The notes under the pieces are model-generated. The model ran no database searches, was not told the origin of the DNA, and worked only from the letters and a program-made list of their open reading frames with translations. A DNA stretch of 61,125 nucleotides from an uncultured Chloroflexia bacterium (GTDB taxonomy: Bacteria > Chloroflexota > Dehalococcoidia > SZUA-161). The position numbers and the translations under genes were made by a program. How positions within the stretch are numbered: position 1 is the first letter of the stretch; every line of letters begins with the position of its first letter. This document shows positions 1-9,737 of the stretch, one piece after another. The stretch spans positions 1-61,125 of the forward strand of contig CAWHAI010000017.1 in NCBI GenBank assembly GCA_963827295.1, read 5' to 3'.

Positions 1-130
1 AGTGCAACAATATTAGCCCAAGAACTGTGATGTGTCAATAGAACCGATAGGCCGAAAGGAAGTGGTTTTGGAGCACCTGCTTCAACCTACCCGTAAATGT
101 CATTTGTCCAGTGGTTGTCCAGGGCTTTTC

Positions 131-217
131 GGGGGCGACCCGCATCAGCGGGTCGCCCCTGCGGAGTGCCGTTCCGTTACGATGAGCTTTAGGACAGACA
201 GGGGGCGTCTGCCCCCT
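131..217. repeat. GC-rich palindromic hairpins (REP-like family B)
   Basis: Stems gggggcgacccgc/gcgggtcgcccc (131-160) and agggggc/gccccct (200-217). The same GGGGCGACCC...GGGTCGCCCC theme recurs many times in the window. Confidence 0.6.
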
Positions 218-389
218 CCTCTAGCTCTCCTCTGGGGGGAGACAGGATTTTCCCCACAGCCACCCGGATTCCTGTGAACAGGTCAGGGCAGATTCCGCAG
301 GAATGACAAAGAAGTTGGGTGAAATGAGATGGAGGTCGGCAGGATAGGGGTGGGATGGCGGGTTAGACCGAATTATCGAGTGGCCTTTA

Positions 390-1232
390 CTAATCCCTAT
401 CTCCTAAAACTGACACGGCCAGCACATGTGGCCCAACATGAGTACCAACTACGGGACTGACCTTTGTTCTGTATATACGCTCGCTGGGGAATCTGGAATT
501 GATGCGCTCGGCCAGCATATCCGCTTCGTCGGGGGTAGTAGCGTCCTCAACGGCCATCTCCTCGATGTTGGAAAAGCTCGCAGCGAATTTATATAGTAAT
601 TCGATAGCTTTGGCGCGAGACCTTGGCTTAGCGACAGGCCGGCCTTCACCGTCTTCCAAAGTCATGATGGGGTTCACCCTTAGCATTGATCCTAGAAAAG
701 CCTGTGCCGCGCTGACACGCCCGCTCCTTTTGAGAAATTCCAGCGTATCGAAGGCAAAATGTATCTTCGAGCGAGGGATATTTCGCCGGGTTAGCTTCAC
801 CACATCATCCATCTTGGCTCCGGCATTGGCTGCCTTGGCGGCAGCGATAGCGATTAACCCAAGCGCCATGCAGCCCGCCTTAGAATCGATTATCTCTATG
901 CGGCATTTCCCTCTCATCATCCCAACAGCTTGCGATTCCATCTCGTGAGCAGAGGATAACTTGCTGGACAAAGAGATGACTACGATTTCATCTGTCTCTT
1001 GGGCTAATTTGTCGTAGACTTGAGCGAATGCAGCAGGCCCAGGGACTGCGGTGGTAGGCAATGTCTTGCTCTTCGCAAGCTTCTGGTAGAATTCCTCAGT
1101 CGTTAAGTTAACACCGTCGAGGTAAGATTCCGTGCCAAAGTTAATATACAATGGCACTACTGTTATCCCCAGATCGCTAGCAATTTTGGGGGTCAGATCG
1201 GACGTGCTGTCGGTAACAATCTTTACTGGCAT
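390..1232 (-). CDS. DegV family fatty-acid-binding protein
   Basis: Intact 280-aa ORF. N-terminus MPVKIVTDSTSDL and overall layout are typical of the DegV family. TAG stop. Confidence 0.85.
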   Translation of the reverse strand: MPVKIVTDSTSDLTPKIASDLGITVVPLYINFGTESYLDGVNLTTEEFYQKLAKSKTLPTTAVPGPAAFAQVYDKLAQETDEIVVISLSSKLSSAHEMESQAVGMMRGKCRIEIIDSKAGCMALGLIAIAAAKAANAGAKMDDVVKLTRRNIPRSKIHFAFDTLEFLKRSGRVSAAQAFLGSMLRVNPIMTLEDGEGRPVAKPRSRAKAIELLYKFAASFSNIEEMAVEDATTPDEADMLAERINSRFPSERIYRTKVSPVVGTHVGPHVLAVSVLGDRD

Positions 1233-1345
1233 AATTCCTAAGTATAGTTTCGTTGGCTCAACGCGCCATTGTATTGTATCTCGCTCCTTCTAAACAAGCA
1301 ATAGGAATAGCCGTGCGGTACCTCTTTTCCCGAAGGCCATGGAAA

Positions 1346-1366
1346 GGGCGACCCAGCGGGTCGCCC
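1346..1366. repeat. REP-like hairpin (family B)
   Basis: gggcgaccc-agc-gggtcgccc, a perfect 9-bp stem. Confidence 0.55.
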
Positions 1367-1578
1367 ATACAGCAATAGTAGGCGGGTATGAAATGGAAGC
1401 CACCTTCTCTTACGGCGACGAAAATGGTGGGTTTCGCTACGCTGCACCCACCCTACAATTGCTAATTTTGCTAGATGACTTGCCGATATGTTTTATGCTA
1501 GTTTAAAGTCATGCAAGTATATGAAATCAAAGAAGCCCTGACATCAGGCAGGGCTTCCATTCTTAATAGCTATATTTC

Positions 1579-1779
1579 CTACTGAGTTGCCTGGGAGTGT
1601 GACTCTACAATATTTATCTCCGTATGCTCGCACATGTATCTTACTAATTGATTTGCCGCAACAGGCAAATATAATCCCAGCGTTATCAGGGAGAAAAAAG
1701 CTGTCTTGAGGAACCAAAACAGGATATCTCTCCCTCTGGCTTTATACACCATCCTCACTGTCCTCTCTTGTCTAATCAT
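1579..1779 (-). CDS. small membrane protein, hypothetical
   Basis: 66-aa ORF with one hydrophobic span (ILFWFLKTAFFSLITLGLYL). SD-like GAGGGGGAG lies 4 nt upstream of the ATG, and a promoter-leader module lies upstream. Confidence 0.4.
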   Translation of the reverse strand: MIRQERTVRMVYKARGRDILFWFLKTAFFSLITLGLYLPVAANQLVRYMCEHTEINIVESHSQATQ

Positions 1780-1852
1780 CTGCTCCCCCTCGCTTTAGAA
1801 TCAAGGTTGTGACATTTGCACAGCTTTACCCGCGATTTACAAGCCTGCTACC

Positions 1853-1949
1853 AAGGTCTGCCCCTCAGAGGGAGCAGAGCAAAATGCCACTTGCCAGTGA
1901 GGGAAGGTCGTGGCGGAGCGATTATGGCACTTACTATTAATTAAGTCAA
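1853..1949 (-). promoter_or_regulatory. sigma70-like promoter plus conserved leader (module C, copy 1)
   Basis: On the minus strand: TTGACT (1944-1949), 17-nt spacer, CATAAT (1921-1926). The leader contains the hairpin tctgc-ccc-tcaga-ggg-a-gcaga. About 90 nt is homologous to 37785-37890. Confidence 0.45.
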
Positions 1950-2136
1950 TATCACTTAAGCCACGTTTAATTAACTGAAATAGACTAGCAAGGCCCTGCC
2001 CTTAACAAGTCGATGGGTGTGTCGAATAACAGGCCATCATCCTGTAGTGCTTCATGCTATGTTCAAAGTTTGTTCTCAGCGGTCTTCTTGCGATGTTATG
2101 CAGGTAGCGCTAAAATGGACACGCTGAAGGAGGATA

Positions 2137-2769
2137 ATGGCTAGCAAGGGCTCAAGAAAGAGAAAGCCGGTTATCACGGTGCTAGAGAATGGCCCGTACA
2201 TAGTCAGAGGTCTCGAGCACTTCAAGGATTCAGAGGGTCGAGAGCTTCCGGTGCAACCTGCTATGTCGCTCTGCCGATGCGGCGCCTCACGAAATAAGCC
2301 GTATTGTGATGGGTCTCATACTAAGATTGGTTTTGCAGGTGAGAAGGACCCCAACAGGGTATCCGGCAAGGTAAATGAATGGAGGGGTAAGGGTATTACT
2401 ATAGTCGATAATACAGACGTTTGTTGCCGTGACATGTCCTGCATAAACAATCTCCCCCAAGTTTTTGCAGAAGAGAATCCTGACGCTGCAAGCGTCAAAA
2501 AGATTATCGAGACTATCAAGAAATGCCCATCAGGTGCGTTGACCTACAAGATGGGAGGTCGGCATTGTCAGTCTTTCAACCGAGAGCCTGCCATCACGGT
2601 GGCCAAGGATGGCCCACTTAAAGTGGTGGGAGGCATTCGATTGAAGGATGATATGGAATCTAAACCAGCATGTCCGGAACATTACACCTTGTGCCGTTGT
2701 GGTCACTCGAAAAACAAGCCATTCTGCGATGGCTCACACCTTGACATAGGCTTTAAAGATGATGGGTAA
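2137..2769 (+). CDS. CDGSH iron-sulfur domain-containing protein
   Basis: 210 aa with two CDGSH signatures (CRCGASRNKPYCDGSH and CRCGHSKNKPFCDGSH) flanking a Cys-containing middle region. GAAGGAGG SD. Confidence 0.85.
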   Translation: MASKGSRKRKPVITVLENGPYIVRGLEHFKDSEGRELPVQPAMSLCRCGASRNKPYCDGSHTKIGFAGEKDPNRVSGKVNEWRGKGITIVDNTDVCCRDMSCINNLPQVFAEENPDAASVKKIIETIKKCPSGALTYKMGGRHCQSFNREPAITVAKDGPLKVVGGIRLKDDMESKPACPEHYTLCRCGHSKNKPFCDGSHLDIGFKDDG

Positions 2770-2970
2770 AGTGCCTCATGGAGCGGCGCTCTGCTTGTCC
2801 AGGCAAAGGGACTTTCACCCCACCCAGCCCTGCAGTGATTCACAACGGGCTAGAAGGCGACTTGCCTCAGACTTCTTGCAGCCAGTGATATATCAGAGTA
2901 GAATATCTCGCAGTTACACCCTGGCTTTCTGTGGCTAGGTTATTGCCAAACAGTTAAACAGGAGGGGTAA

Positions 2971-3917
2971 ATGAAGAAGCTTACGATTCTGTTAACATCG
3001 CTCGTAATACTATCTCTGGCTATCGGTGTGATAGGCTGTGCCAGTGAAAGTGGGCAACCAACAACCACCCCTACACCACAGCAGCCCTTCACCGACGGCA
3101 ACGCCAATATATCCAGCCGTGGCACCGCAAATACCGCCGAGCGGTTCCTTCATCATCGATTTCGACGATTTCAATTCATCGGGGAATGTGTCACTCTTAC
3201 CAGGTAATAGCCAGTTTGACCTGGAGTTAGCCTCCTTTGATTCGTCGAATGGCGGACAGTTTGCAATTGAGAAGACTGCCTTAGGCGAGAGCAAGAACTG
3301 GGGCTTCGCAGCTTTCAATGTCGGTTTCTGGAATTCAGTTATTGTAGTAGGTCTGGCTGTTCCAGTGGCATCATTTGTAGCGTCTTTCAATCACACTCCC
3401 GTGCAACAGCCTGATTATACCTGGGTCTGGTCCTACGATGTCACTGTGGGAGGTGGGGTGTACCATGCGGAACTCCACGGGAAATATATCGATCAATGGA
3501 GTTCGCTGGGATATGTATATCTCCAAACAGAATGAATATACCAACTTCAACTGGTACTACGGTGAATCCAATCTGCCAGCAACTGAAGGCTTCTGGATTC
3601 TTAAGAACAAACCCACTGATCCCACCGACCTTTTACGAATCGACTGGCACCGCAATATTGCGGATAGCACCGGAGGTACCAAGTACACCAATATCGTCCC
3701 CGGTGGTGCGGAAAACGGTGGCTACATTTCTGCCGAGATAACGACCCAAACGCCCTATAACGCTTCCTACGATATATACAACAAGGGGCAGGATAACCAC
3801 ACCTATATAGAGTGGAGCCGCACAACTCAGGAAGGACGTGTTAAAGACAGTCGCCATTTCGGAGATAGCAATTGGCATTGCTGGGACGGAAATCATAAAG
3901 ATATTAATTGCCCATAG
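2971..3917 (+). CDS. secreted lipoprotein, hypothetical (frame broken twice in this assembly)
   Basis: Signal peptide plus lipobox (LAIGVIGC). The sequence continues sensibly through three overlapping frames (2971-3207, 3038-3535, 3438-3917). Confidence 0.6.
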
Positions 3918-4087
3918 GAGGGTGAACAGCTACTTGTCGGGCTAACAGAATTGTGTAATCCACCTAGCCCCATACCGGCGAGCTCAACCTATTTACCCGG
4001 TGGTTCCTTTAGGGAAAGAAATAGTTCCCTTCTGTTGGTGCTCCGTCTTTTTGAGTTAGGCTTATTCTGTGACATGTTGTACCTCTT

Positions 4088-4184
4088 TCAACCCCCTATG
4101 TCCCCCATCTTGGGGGAATTTAAGATTTGGGGGGACACCCCCAGCCCCCCGGGTCAAAAGGGGCTCTGCCCCTCTGCACACCCC
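4088..4184 (+). repeat. triple-hairpin intergenic repeat (family A, copy 1)
   Basis: tcaaccccct..tcccccatcttggggga..ggggggacaccccc..aaaggggctctgcccctctgcacacccc: three consecutive GC hairpins. Confidence 0.8.
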
Positions 4185-4230
4185 AGTTTTGGAATGACAT
4201 CATACTTAGAGAGGGTTTACTAATCGTTTT

Positions 4231-4322
4231 TCAATCCCCTATGTCCTCAGCTCGGGGAATTTAAGGTTTGGGGGATACCCCCAGACCTCGCAAAGGGGCT
4301 CTGCCGCTCCTCCGCACACGCC
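4231..4322 (+). repeat. triple-hairpin intergenic repeat (family A, copy 2, diverged)
   Basis: tcaatcccct..cctcagctcgggg..gggggataccccca..aaaggggctctgccgctcc, in tandem with copy 1. Confidence 0.7.
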
Positions 4323-4346
4323 AAAGGGGTCAGACCCAGCCCTCGG

Positions 4347-5135
4347 CTACAACTTATCGTGCAATTCGTCGGGATGGTGGCGGGAGTGGTATTCCAGGCG
4401 GCTCGACTCGGCATGGGCTTTGTTGTAAGGCCAGCCCTGGGACATGCGGTTTCGCTCGTGGAGCTCGTGCAGCAGCACATAGCCACGCTCGGCTTCCTCG
4501 ATATCGTTGTCTATCCACACCTCATTCTCAGGCACGAACTCATAAACGTAATCATGCCCCCCTTCAGTGAAGTCGATATCGAAAGCGCTGCGCACCAGCC
4601 TGCCGTTGACGATCCAGACACTGAGGCCGCTTTGCAGTTTGCGCCAGAGCCTCTCGTGAACGTCTTTACCTTCGGGCAGTTTCTCTCCGCGGTGAGTCAG
4701 GATTTTCAAGTCTCCGGCGAGGCGGCGCTCTTTACGTTCGGCACGGTCGGCAATTACGATGGCTTTTTCGTAGGGCATGCCTCCCGCCATGAGCTTACGC
4801 TCTACCAGCAGGTGGTCAAGGAAAAACTGCCGCTCGTCATTCTGGGCTTCGCGGTCGATCCAGAGCTCGTTCTGCGGGATGTAAGGGTAGCGGTAGTGCT
4901 GGCCGAAGTTGGTGAACTCTTCATCCATATTGCCGCGGATGTAGGCGCCATCGACAATCCAAACCTCCAGATTGCCCCGCTCCTCCACCTTCTCAATGTA
5001 AGGAGGTTTTCCGTGCTCTGGCGTTAATCCCTCGTCTTTGGCAGGGCCGCTGGTCTGCATATCGAGATTATAGGGTGCACTCAGGTGAGAATCAAGGGGG
5101 ATACGTTCAGCTTCGCCACATTGACTTGATTGCAT
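4347..5135 (-). CDS. hypothetical protein with internal tandem domain duplication
   Basis: 262 aa. Two ~85-aa repeats share VWIV.G..R...F..GH.Y.Y.P.NE.WID...ER..M..G.PY. SD GAAGG..GAGG precedes the ATG. Confidence 0.6.
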   Translation of the reverse strand: MQSSQCGEAERIPLDSHLSAPYNLDMQTSGPAKDEGLTPEHGKPPYIEKVEERGNLEVWIVDGAYIRGNMDEEFTNFGQHYRYPYIPQNELWIDREAQNDERQFFLDHLLVERKLMAGGMPYEKAIVIADRAERKERRLAGDLKILTHRGEKLPEGKDVHERLWRKLQSGLSVWIVNGRLVRSAFDIDFTEGGHDYVYEFVPENEVWIDNDIEEAERGYVLLHELHERNRMSQGWPYNKAHAESSRLEYHSRHHPDELHDKL

Positions 5136-5175
5136 CCTCAGCCTTCTTGGGATAACATGGAATTGGAGGGATACG

Positions 5176-6231
5176 ATGGATGCGATTAGTGGACCTTCGG
5201 GTTTCGAGCTTGAGTTTCTGGATTACTCGCCTTCGGTGGAGGCGGAGAAGCAAGCACCGTCCTCTTTCGAGGAGGGGGCTGACTTCCTGGACGCCTATTC
5301 CAAAGCGGTGACAAACGTGGTGACCAAGGTAGGCCCTGCTGTGGTCAGCATAAGGATGAAGAAGAAAGCCTCCGAGCATTCCCGTAGATGGAATAATGAG
5401 GGGGAAGGCAGCGCATCAGGGGTGATCATCGCTCCTGACGGCTATATCGTGACCAATAGCCATGTCGTCGAGGCTGCTGACGTTATAGAGGTGAACCTGG
5501 CGGACGGCAGCAGCTACGGGGCTCGACTTGTGGGCAAGGACTCGGCGACGGACCTGGCTCTGGTGAGTATTCCCGGAGCCGGGCTGCCTGCAGCGCGCCT
5601 GGGCGATTCGGATAAGCTGCGGGTGGGGCAGTTGGTTATCGCTATCGGCAACCCGCTGGGTTTCCAGAGCACGGTTACCGCCGGGGTGGTCAGCGCGCTG
5701 GGGCGCTCGCTGCGCAGCCGCAGCGGCAGGCTTATCGAGAACATCATTCAGACGGATGCTGCGCTCAACCCGGGCAGCAGCGGCGGCCCGCTGGTGGACT
5801 CGCGGGGCCTGGTAGTGGGCATCAATACGGCGATTATCCAGTTTGCGCAGGGTATCTGCTTCTCCATACCGGTGAATACATTGCGCTGGGTGGTGACTCT
5901 GCTGCTCAGGGAAGGCAAGGTGACCAGGGGCTATCTGGGCATCAGCGGCCAGATGGTGCCACTGCCTGTGCGGGTGGTGAGGTATTACCGTTTGAAGAAC
6001 GAGACCGGCGTGCAGGTGATGGGTGTCGCTCCCAACAGCCCCGCTAAGGCAGCGGGCTTGAGGGAGGGGGATGTCATTATCTCTCTGGGAGAGGAGCCTG
6101 TGGCCGGCGTAGACGATATACACCGCATGCTCACCAGGGACGTTATCGGAAAGAAGCTGGACATGGTGGTGCTGCGCGAGTTCACCAAAAGGCTGGAGAT
6201 GTCTATAGCTCCCGCAGAGAGCCCCGACTAA
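5176..6231 (+). CDS. HtrA/DegP-family trypsin-like serine protease with PDZ domain
   Basis: GSGVIIAPDGYIVTNSHVV (His), DLALV (Asp) and TDAALNPGSSGGPLVD (Ser) motifs. C-terminal PDZ-like GVQVMGVAPNSPAAKAGLREGDVI. Confidence 0.9.
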   Translation: MDAISGPSGFELEFLDYSPSVEAEKQAPSSFEEGADFLDAYSKAVTNVVTKVGPAVVSIRMKKKASEHSRRWNNEGEGSASGVIIAPDGYIVTNSHVVEAADVIEVNLADGSSYGARLVGKDSATDLALVSIPGAGLPAARLGDSDKLRVGQLVIAIGNPLGFQSTVTAGVVSALGRSLRSRSGRLIENIIQTDAALNPGSSGGPLVDSRGLVVGINTAIIQFAQGICFSIPVNTLRWVVTLLLREGKVTRGYLGISGQMVPLPVRVVRYYRLKNETGVQVMGVAPNSPAKAAGLREGDVIISLGEEPVAGVDDIHRMLTRDVIGKKLDMVVLREFTKRLEMSIAPAESPD

Positions 6232-6350
6232 GCCGTTGACTGTCTGCGATGTCTGGTATACAATGCCCGCTAATGGAGTGAATCCCGGCGTGGGAAATCA
6301 GCGCAGGGATAGCATACCCTAGAAGCAGAAGTGCGGCTACAGGAGGGATT

Positions 6351-6908
6351 ATGAAGTGTTCAATTCATCCCGACGATGATGCCGTAGGCATCTGCGTTCT
6401 ATGTGGCAAAGCTGTTTGCCCGACGTGCCGCACTACGATAGAGGAGAAGATTTATTGCCCTGCATGCACCGCTAAAGTATACGAGACAGGGGCGGTGAAA
6501 CGAACGGGGAAGCCGGTTGTGGGTGGGATTCTGGGTATAATCGCGGGTGTGATCAACTTTTCGCTCGGTATTATTTTGATTACCGACGGTGCCACAGTTG
6601 AGTCAGTTAACTGGTCGGAAATGGGGCTGGGACAAGCCCTGGTTATTCTGGGGATTCTAGCCATAGTAGGCTCAAGCGTAGCGATTGCCAGGAGGAATTT
6701 TATTCTGTCAATTATCGGCGGTGTCTGCGCCTTGCCCGCGTTGCCGCTGGGCATACCAGCGTTGATTTTGATAGTCCTGTCTCACGCTGAGTTCGACCTT
6801 CCACCGGAAAGCTCGGTTTGCCCCGTTTGCGGAAAAGCGAATCCGAAGAGTGCGGTATTCTGTATGGTCTGCGGACGCGAGCTAGCGGGGCGCAGACCCG
6901 GCACCTGA
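6351..6908 (+). CDS. membrane protein with N- and C-terminal zinc-ribbon motifs
   Basis: CxxC pairs at the N-terminus (CVLCGKAVCPTC...CPAC) and C-terminus (CPVCGK...CMVCG), with central hydrophobic helices. Confidence 0.6.
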   Translation: MKCSIHPDDDAVGICVLCGKAVCPTCRTTIEEKIYCPACTAKVYETGAVKRTGKPVVGGILGIIAGVINFSLGIILITDGATVESVNWSEMGLGQALVILGILAIVGSSVAIARRNFILSIIGGVCALPALPLGIPALILIVLSHAEFDLPPESSVCPVCGKANPKSAVFCMVCGRELAGRRPGT

Positions 6909-7373
6909 GAATTGGGGCAGAACCCAGTCTCCACAGGGAGCCCGGACTGAACCGTTTATTTCCACTTTAGATAAGCTGTGGACAAACCCCTAGACAGGAA
7001 CGGGGAGTTCAGGTTCCACGCATAATTGGGGTAGCGGGGATTCCTTTCTTCAATTCGCCTTCATGTCCCTCATAGGCGCCTTCATCTCCAAGGAGGATGC
7101 CATATGTGGCAAAGCCCCCATTCTTAAAGGGGTTAGACCGATGCTGCCGGGAAAAACAACTATCGGCTGGAATGGGGCAACGTTTTGCGACAAAAGTCAT
7201 ATATATGGAGATTGTTAATTGTTATCGTGAAGTTAAGTTGTGTTCTCGATACGGCGTCAATGGAAGCTTCAGCTTCTATTAACTGACGTGTATAGACAGA
7301 AGAGTGAGTCACACGGAACAATTAGCGGTAATAGCTTGTTCGTCTATCATGGTTGGGGAGGAGGAATTCGGAG

Positions 7374-8000
7374 ATGTCAAGCGGGGTCAAGACTACGGAA
7401 ATTGTTAGGAGGCGGTGGAATAGGACTGCCCATCACTATGACTACATGATGGCTATTGCGGAGCGGGTCGGTATGAAGAAATGGCGCAGACTCCTGTGGA
7501 GCAAGGTGGGCAACAGTCGCGTGCTGGAGATAGGCGTGGGCACGGGCAATAACTTCCCCTACTATCCTGCAGACGCTGAAATAACCGCTGTTGATTTCAG
7601 CGAGGAGATGCTAAAGCGCGCCAAAGATAGGGCCAAAAACCTGAAGGTGAAAGTGGACCTACGGCAGATGGATGTGCAGAACTTGGAGTTTGCAGACAAT
7701 ACCTTCGATACAGTGGCGGCAAGTGCGGTATTTTGCTCCATTCCTGACCCGGTTCGCGGCATCAGAGAGGTGGAGCGGGTGTTAAAACCGGGCGGCAAGG
7801 CGGTCTTGCTGGAGCAGGACTTCAGTTCCAACCGGTTTTCGCGCTTGTGGGTGAAGCTTGTCAATCCGTTGGTAATGCGGATGGGGTCAGACTTTCGGCG
7901 GCGAACGATAGAGGATGTGGCGAAAAGCGGCTTAAAGGTGGAACGTGTTACCAACCTGTGGGCGGGGATGTTCAAGCTGATTGAAGCAAGGAAGGTATAA
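7374..8000 (+). CDS. class I SAM-dependent methyltransferase
   Basis: Motif I VLEIGVGTGNN, then DFSEEML and LKPGGKAVLLE. GGAGGAGG SD before the ATG at 7374 (the ORF is open from 7353). Confidence 0.85.
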   Translation: MSSGVKTTEIVRRRWNRTAHHYDYMMAIAERVGMKKWRRLLWSKVGNSRVLEIGVGTGNNFPYYPADAEITAVDFSEEMLKRAKDRAKNLKVKVDLRQMDVQNLEFADNTFDTVAASAVFCSIPDPVRGIREVERVLKPGGKAVLLEQDFSSNRFSRLWVKLVNPLVMRMGSDFRRRTIEDVAKSGLKVERVTNLWAGMFKLIEARKV

Positions 8001-8016
8001 CCGGGAGGAGGAAGAA

Positions 8017-9207
8017 ATGGCATACAACTATGACAGGTTATTCGAGGAAATCCGCAAAGCGGGGCTCAATCCGTTGGGGAGCGTGTACACCTCGGCAAAT
8101 AGAGTGTTCAGGCTTCCTATTGAAGAACAAAGGGAGTTGAAGGCAAGCCTCATTGCAGAGAACTTCCGCTTTCACTACGAGAATAACGCGTATTATTGCG
8201 GACTCTGCGGGCAAGAGGGAGTGACTGCATCGGACATCCGCCATTACGACGACCTTGTAAAAATCCCTTTAATACCGGTGAGCCAATTCAAACGGACAGA
8301 TACACAAAAGCTGCTGACTCTGGGGCTGGATAAAATCGAGGTTGAGATGAGGAGCACCGGCACCAGCGGAATTCCCAGTGTAACGCGGCGGGACTCCGAA
8401 ACGGTCACTCAGGGGTCGCTCGCTTTATGGGCGATGTACAGGGAGTTCTTCATGTTCTCGAGCGGGGCGATACTGTTCCTGATGCCCTCGCCCGAAGAAG
8501 TGCCTGAAATGGGTATGATCAGGGTTTCGAACATGCTTGCCGGACTGGTAGATACGAGCAGATTCATAGTAAGAAAAGCCAGCTTCGACCCACAAGAGGC
8601 GATTGCGCTTCTGACGCAATGGGAGAATGAGCATATAAGACACATCGTGGGTCCTCCCTTCTTAGTACACAAATTAATACAGCACCTGAAGAAGCACGAC
8701 ATTAGTCTGAAACTGGATAGAGAAACCAGAATCATCACCATGGGTGGCTGGAAGCGGTTCACAGGGGAGGCAATTCCACGAGAAGAATTTAACAGCGAGT
8801 GCGCCGAGTATCTGGGAGTTCAGCCGGAGCAAATCCGGGATATGTACGGCCTGATCGAGGGAAACATGGTGGCTATAGAGTGCAGCCACCACTGGAAGCA
8901 CGTTCCTCCCTGGGTGCACTTCAGCGCCAGGGAACTCGATGATTACCGGAAGGAAATCCATGACGGAAGGCGCGGGGTGCTGGCAATAATAGACCCAACG
9001 TGCCTGGCTTACCCATCGTACATCCTGACTGAGGACATGGTGCATCTGGATGAGACAGCTTCGTGTCCCTGCGGAAGAAACGGGCAGAGGGTGGACTTCG
9101 TAGCACGGGTCAAGGGGTCTGAACTGGGGTGTTGCGCCATCAATCTGGATAAGGCAATGAACGCTACCGAGCAGGAGCGTGTTGTCCAGAGCTCTAAAAC
9201 TGGTTAG
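8017..9207 (+). CDS. adenylate-forming enzyme (LuxE / PaaK / F390-synthetase-like)
   Basis: About 396 aa. STGTSGIPS P-loop-like AMP-binding motif and a C-terminal GRNGQRVDFVARVKG. GGGAGGAGG SD. Confidence 0.6.
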   Translation: MAYNYDRLFEEIRKAGLNPLGSVYTSANRVFRLPIEEQRELKASLIAENFRFHYENNAYYCGLCGQEGVTASDIRHYDDLVKIPLIPVSQFKRTDTQKLLTLGLDKIEVEMRSTGTSGIPSVTRRDSETVTQGSLALWAMYREFFMFSSGAILFLMPSPEEVPEMGMIRVSNMLAGLVDTSRFIVRKASFDPQEAIALLTQWENEHIRHIVGPPFLVHKLIQHLKKHDISLKLDRETRIITMGGWKRFTGEAIPREEFNSECAEYLGVQPEQIRDMYGLIEGNMVAIECSHHWKHVPPWVHFSARELDDYRKEIHDGRRGVLAIIDPTCLAYPSYILTEDMVHLDETASCPCGRNGQRVDFVARVKGSELGCCAINLDKAMNATEQERVVQSSKTG

Positions 9208-9229
9208 GGGCACAAATTTTGTGTCCCCT
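9206..9229. repeat. REP-like hairpin at the 3' end of the gene (family B)
   Basis: aggggcacaaa-ttt-tgtgtcccct overlaps the TAG stop of the upstream gene. Confidence 0.5.
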
Positions 9230-9294
9230 ATGAAACCCATCCTTACCGTTGCCGATGTGGTATATTGCAGGCAATAAATTTCCGGAGATAAGAA

Positions 9295-9726
9295 ATGAAG
9301 AAGCCGCTTTCTGTTAAAGCGATGGTATTCCTGGTGCTATTCTCCCTGGTGGGCGTTATGCTGCTGGCTGCTTGCTCGCAACAGGAGCCGCAGCCCAGGA
9401 TTCACTTCGACCAGGTTGTTGTCGATGCGGGCAACATTACGTTCGGAGAACGTTTGACCTATACCTTCCACTTCAGCAATACGGGTAACGCGCCGTTAAT
9501 CATGGGGAACGTTTCCGCAAAAGCGCTGGAAGGTTGCTGACCGCCGGAGCCCGTTGTGGGTTCCACAACATTGCAGCCCGGTGAGGAGAGCACCCTGAGC
9601 ATAGAGACAGCCCCTGCCGGCGGGCACATGTCAGGCGCCCATCTGTTCGAGATCACCGTCAAGTCGAACGACCCTGTGGAGCCGGAAAAGAAGCTGGAGG
9701 TGAGGGCATACTTCGAGTCGCAATAG
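9295..9726 (+). CDS. DUF1573-like lipoprotein with in-frame TGA at 9538-9540 (Sec candidate or nonsense)
   Basis: Signal plus lipobox (LLAAC). FHFSNTGNAPL..GC[TGA]PPEP..LQPGEESTL..SNDPVEP continues in the same frame to the TAG at 9724 (429 nt, divisible by 3). Confidence 0.6.
9553..9569 (+). promoter_or_regulatory. candidate SECIS-like hairpin
   Basis: gttgtgg-gtt-ccacaac, a perfect 7-bp stem starting 13 nt after the in-frame TGA. The apical loop contains G and U. Confidence 0.35.
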
Positions 9727-9737
9727 CGATTCTTTTT

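Noticed and set aside
3951-4570. ORFs translated through repeat elements: 32-277, 3951-4223, 4268-4570, 12758-13047, 14912-15403, 15796-16161, 51695-51892, and the N-terminal extensions of trpS and argD.
   Set aside because: Their sequences are just the repeat hairpins read as protein (..PPILGDF..GGHPQ.., ..GRPYG.., ..VRGDQRVAPP..). The same peptides recur wherever the repeat occurs, in varying frames.
5416-6123. Long antisense or alternative-frame ORFs opposite well-supported genes. Examples: 5416-6123 versus htrA, 48489-49442 versus argG, 25965-26675 versus AOR, 16190-16843, 8674-9240, 40746-41321 and 47107-47634.
   Set aside because: All overlap genes with strong family motifs on the other strand or frame. 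They are Arg/Pro/Gly-rich with no recognisable domains, so they are shadow ORFs.
7009-7200. 63-aa minus-strand ORF in the spacer before the methyltransferase gene.
   Set aside because: It has no SD and no motif, and it overlaps another equally weak plus-strand ORF (7097-7282). The support is insufficient.
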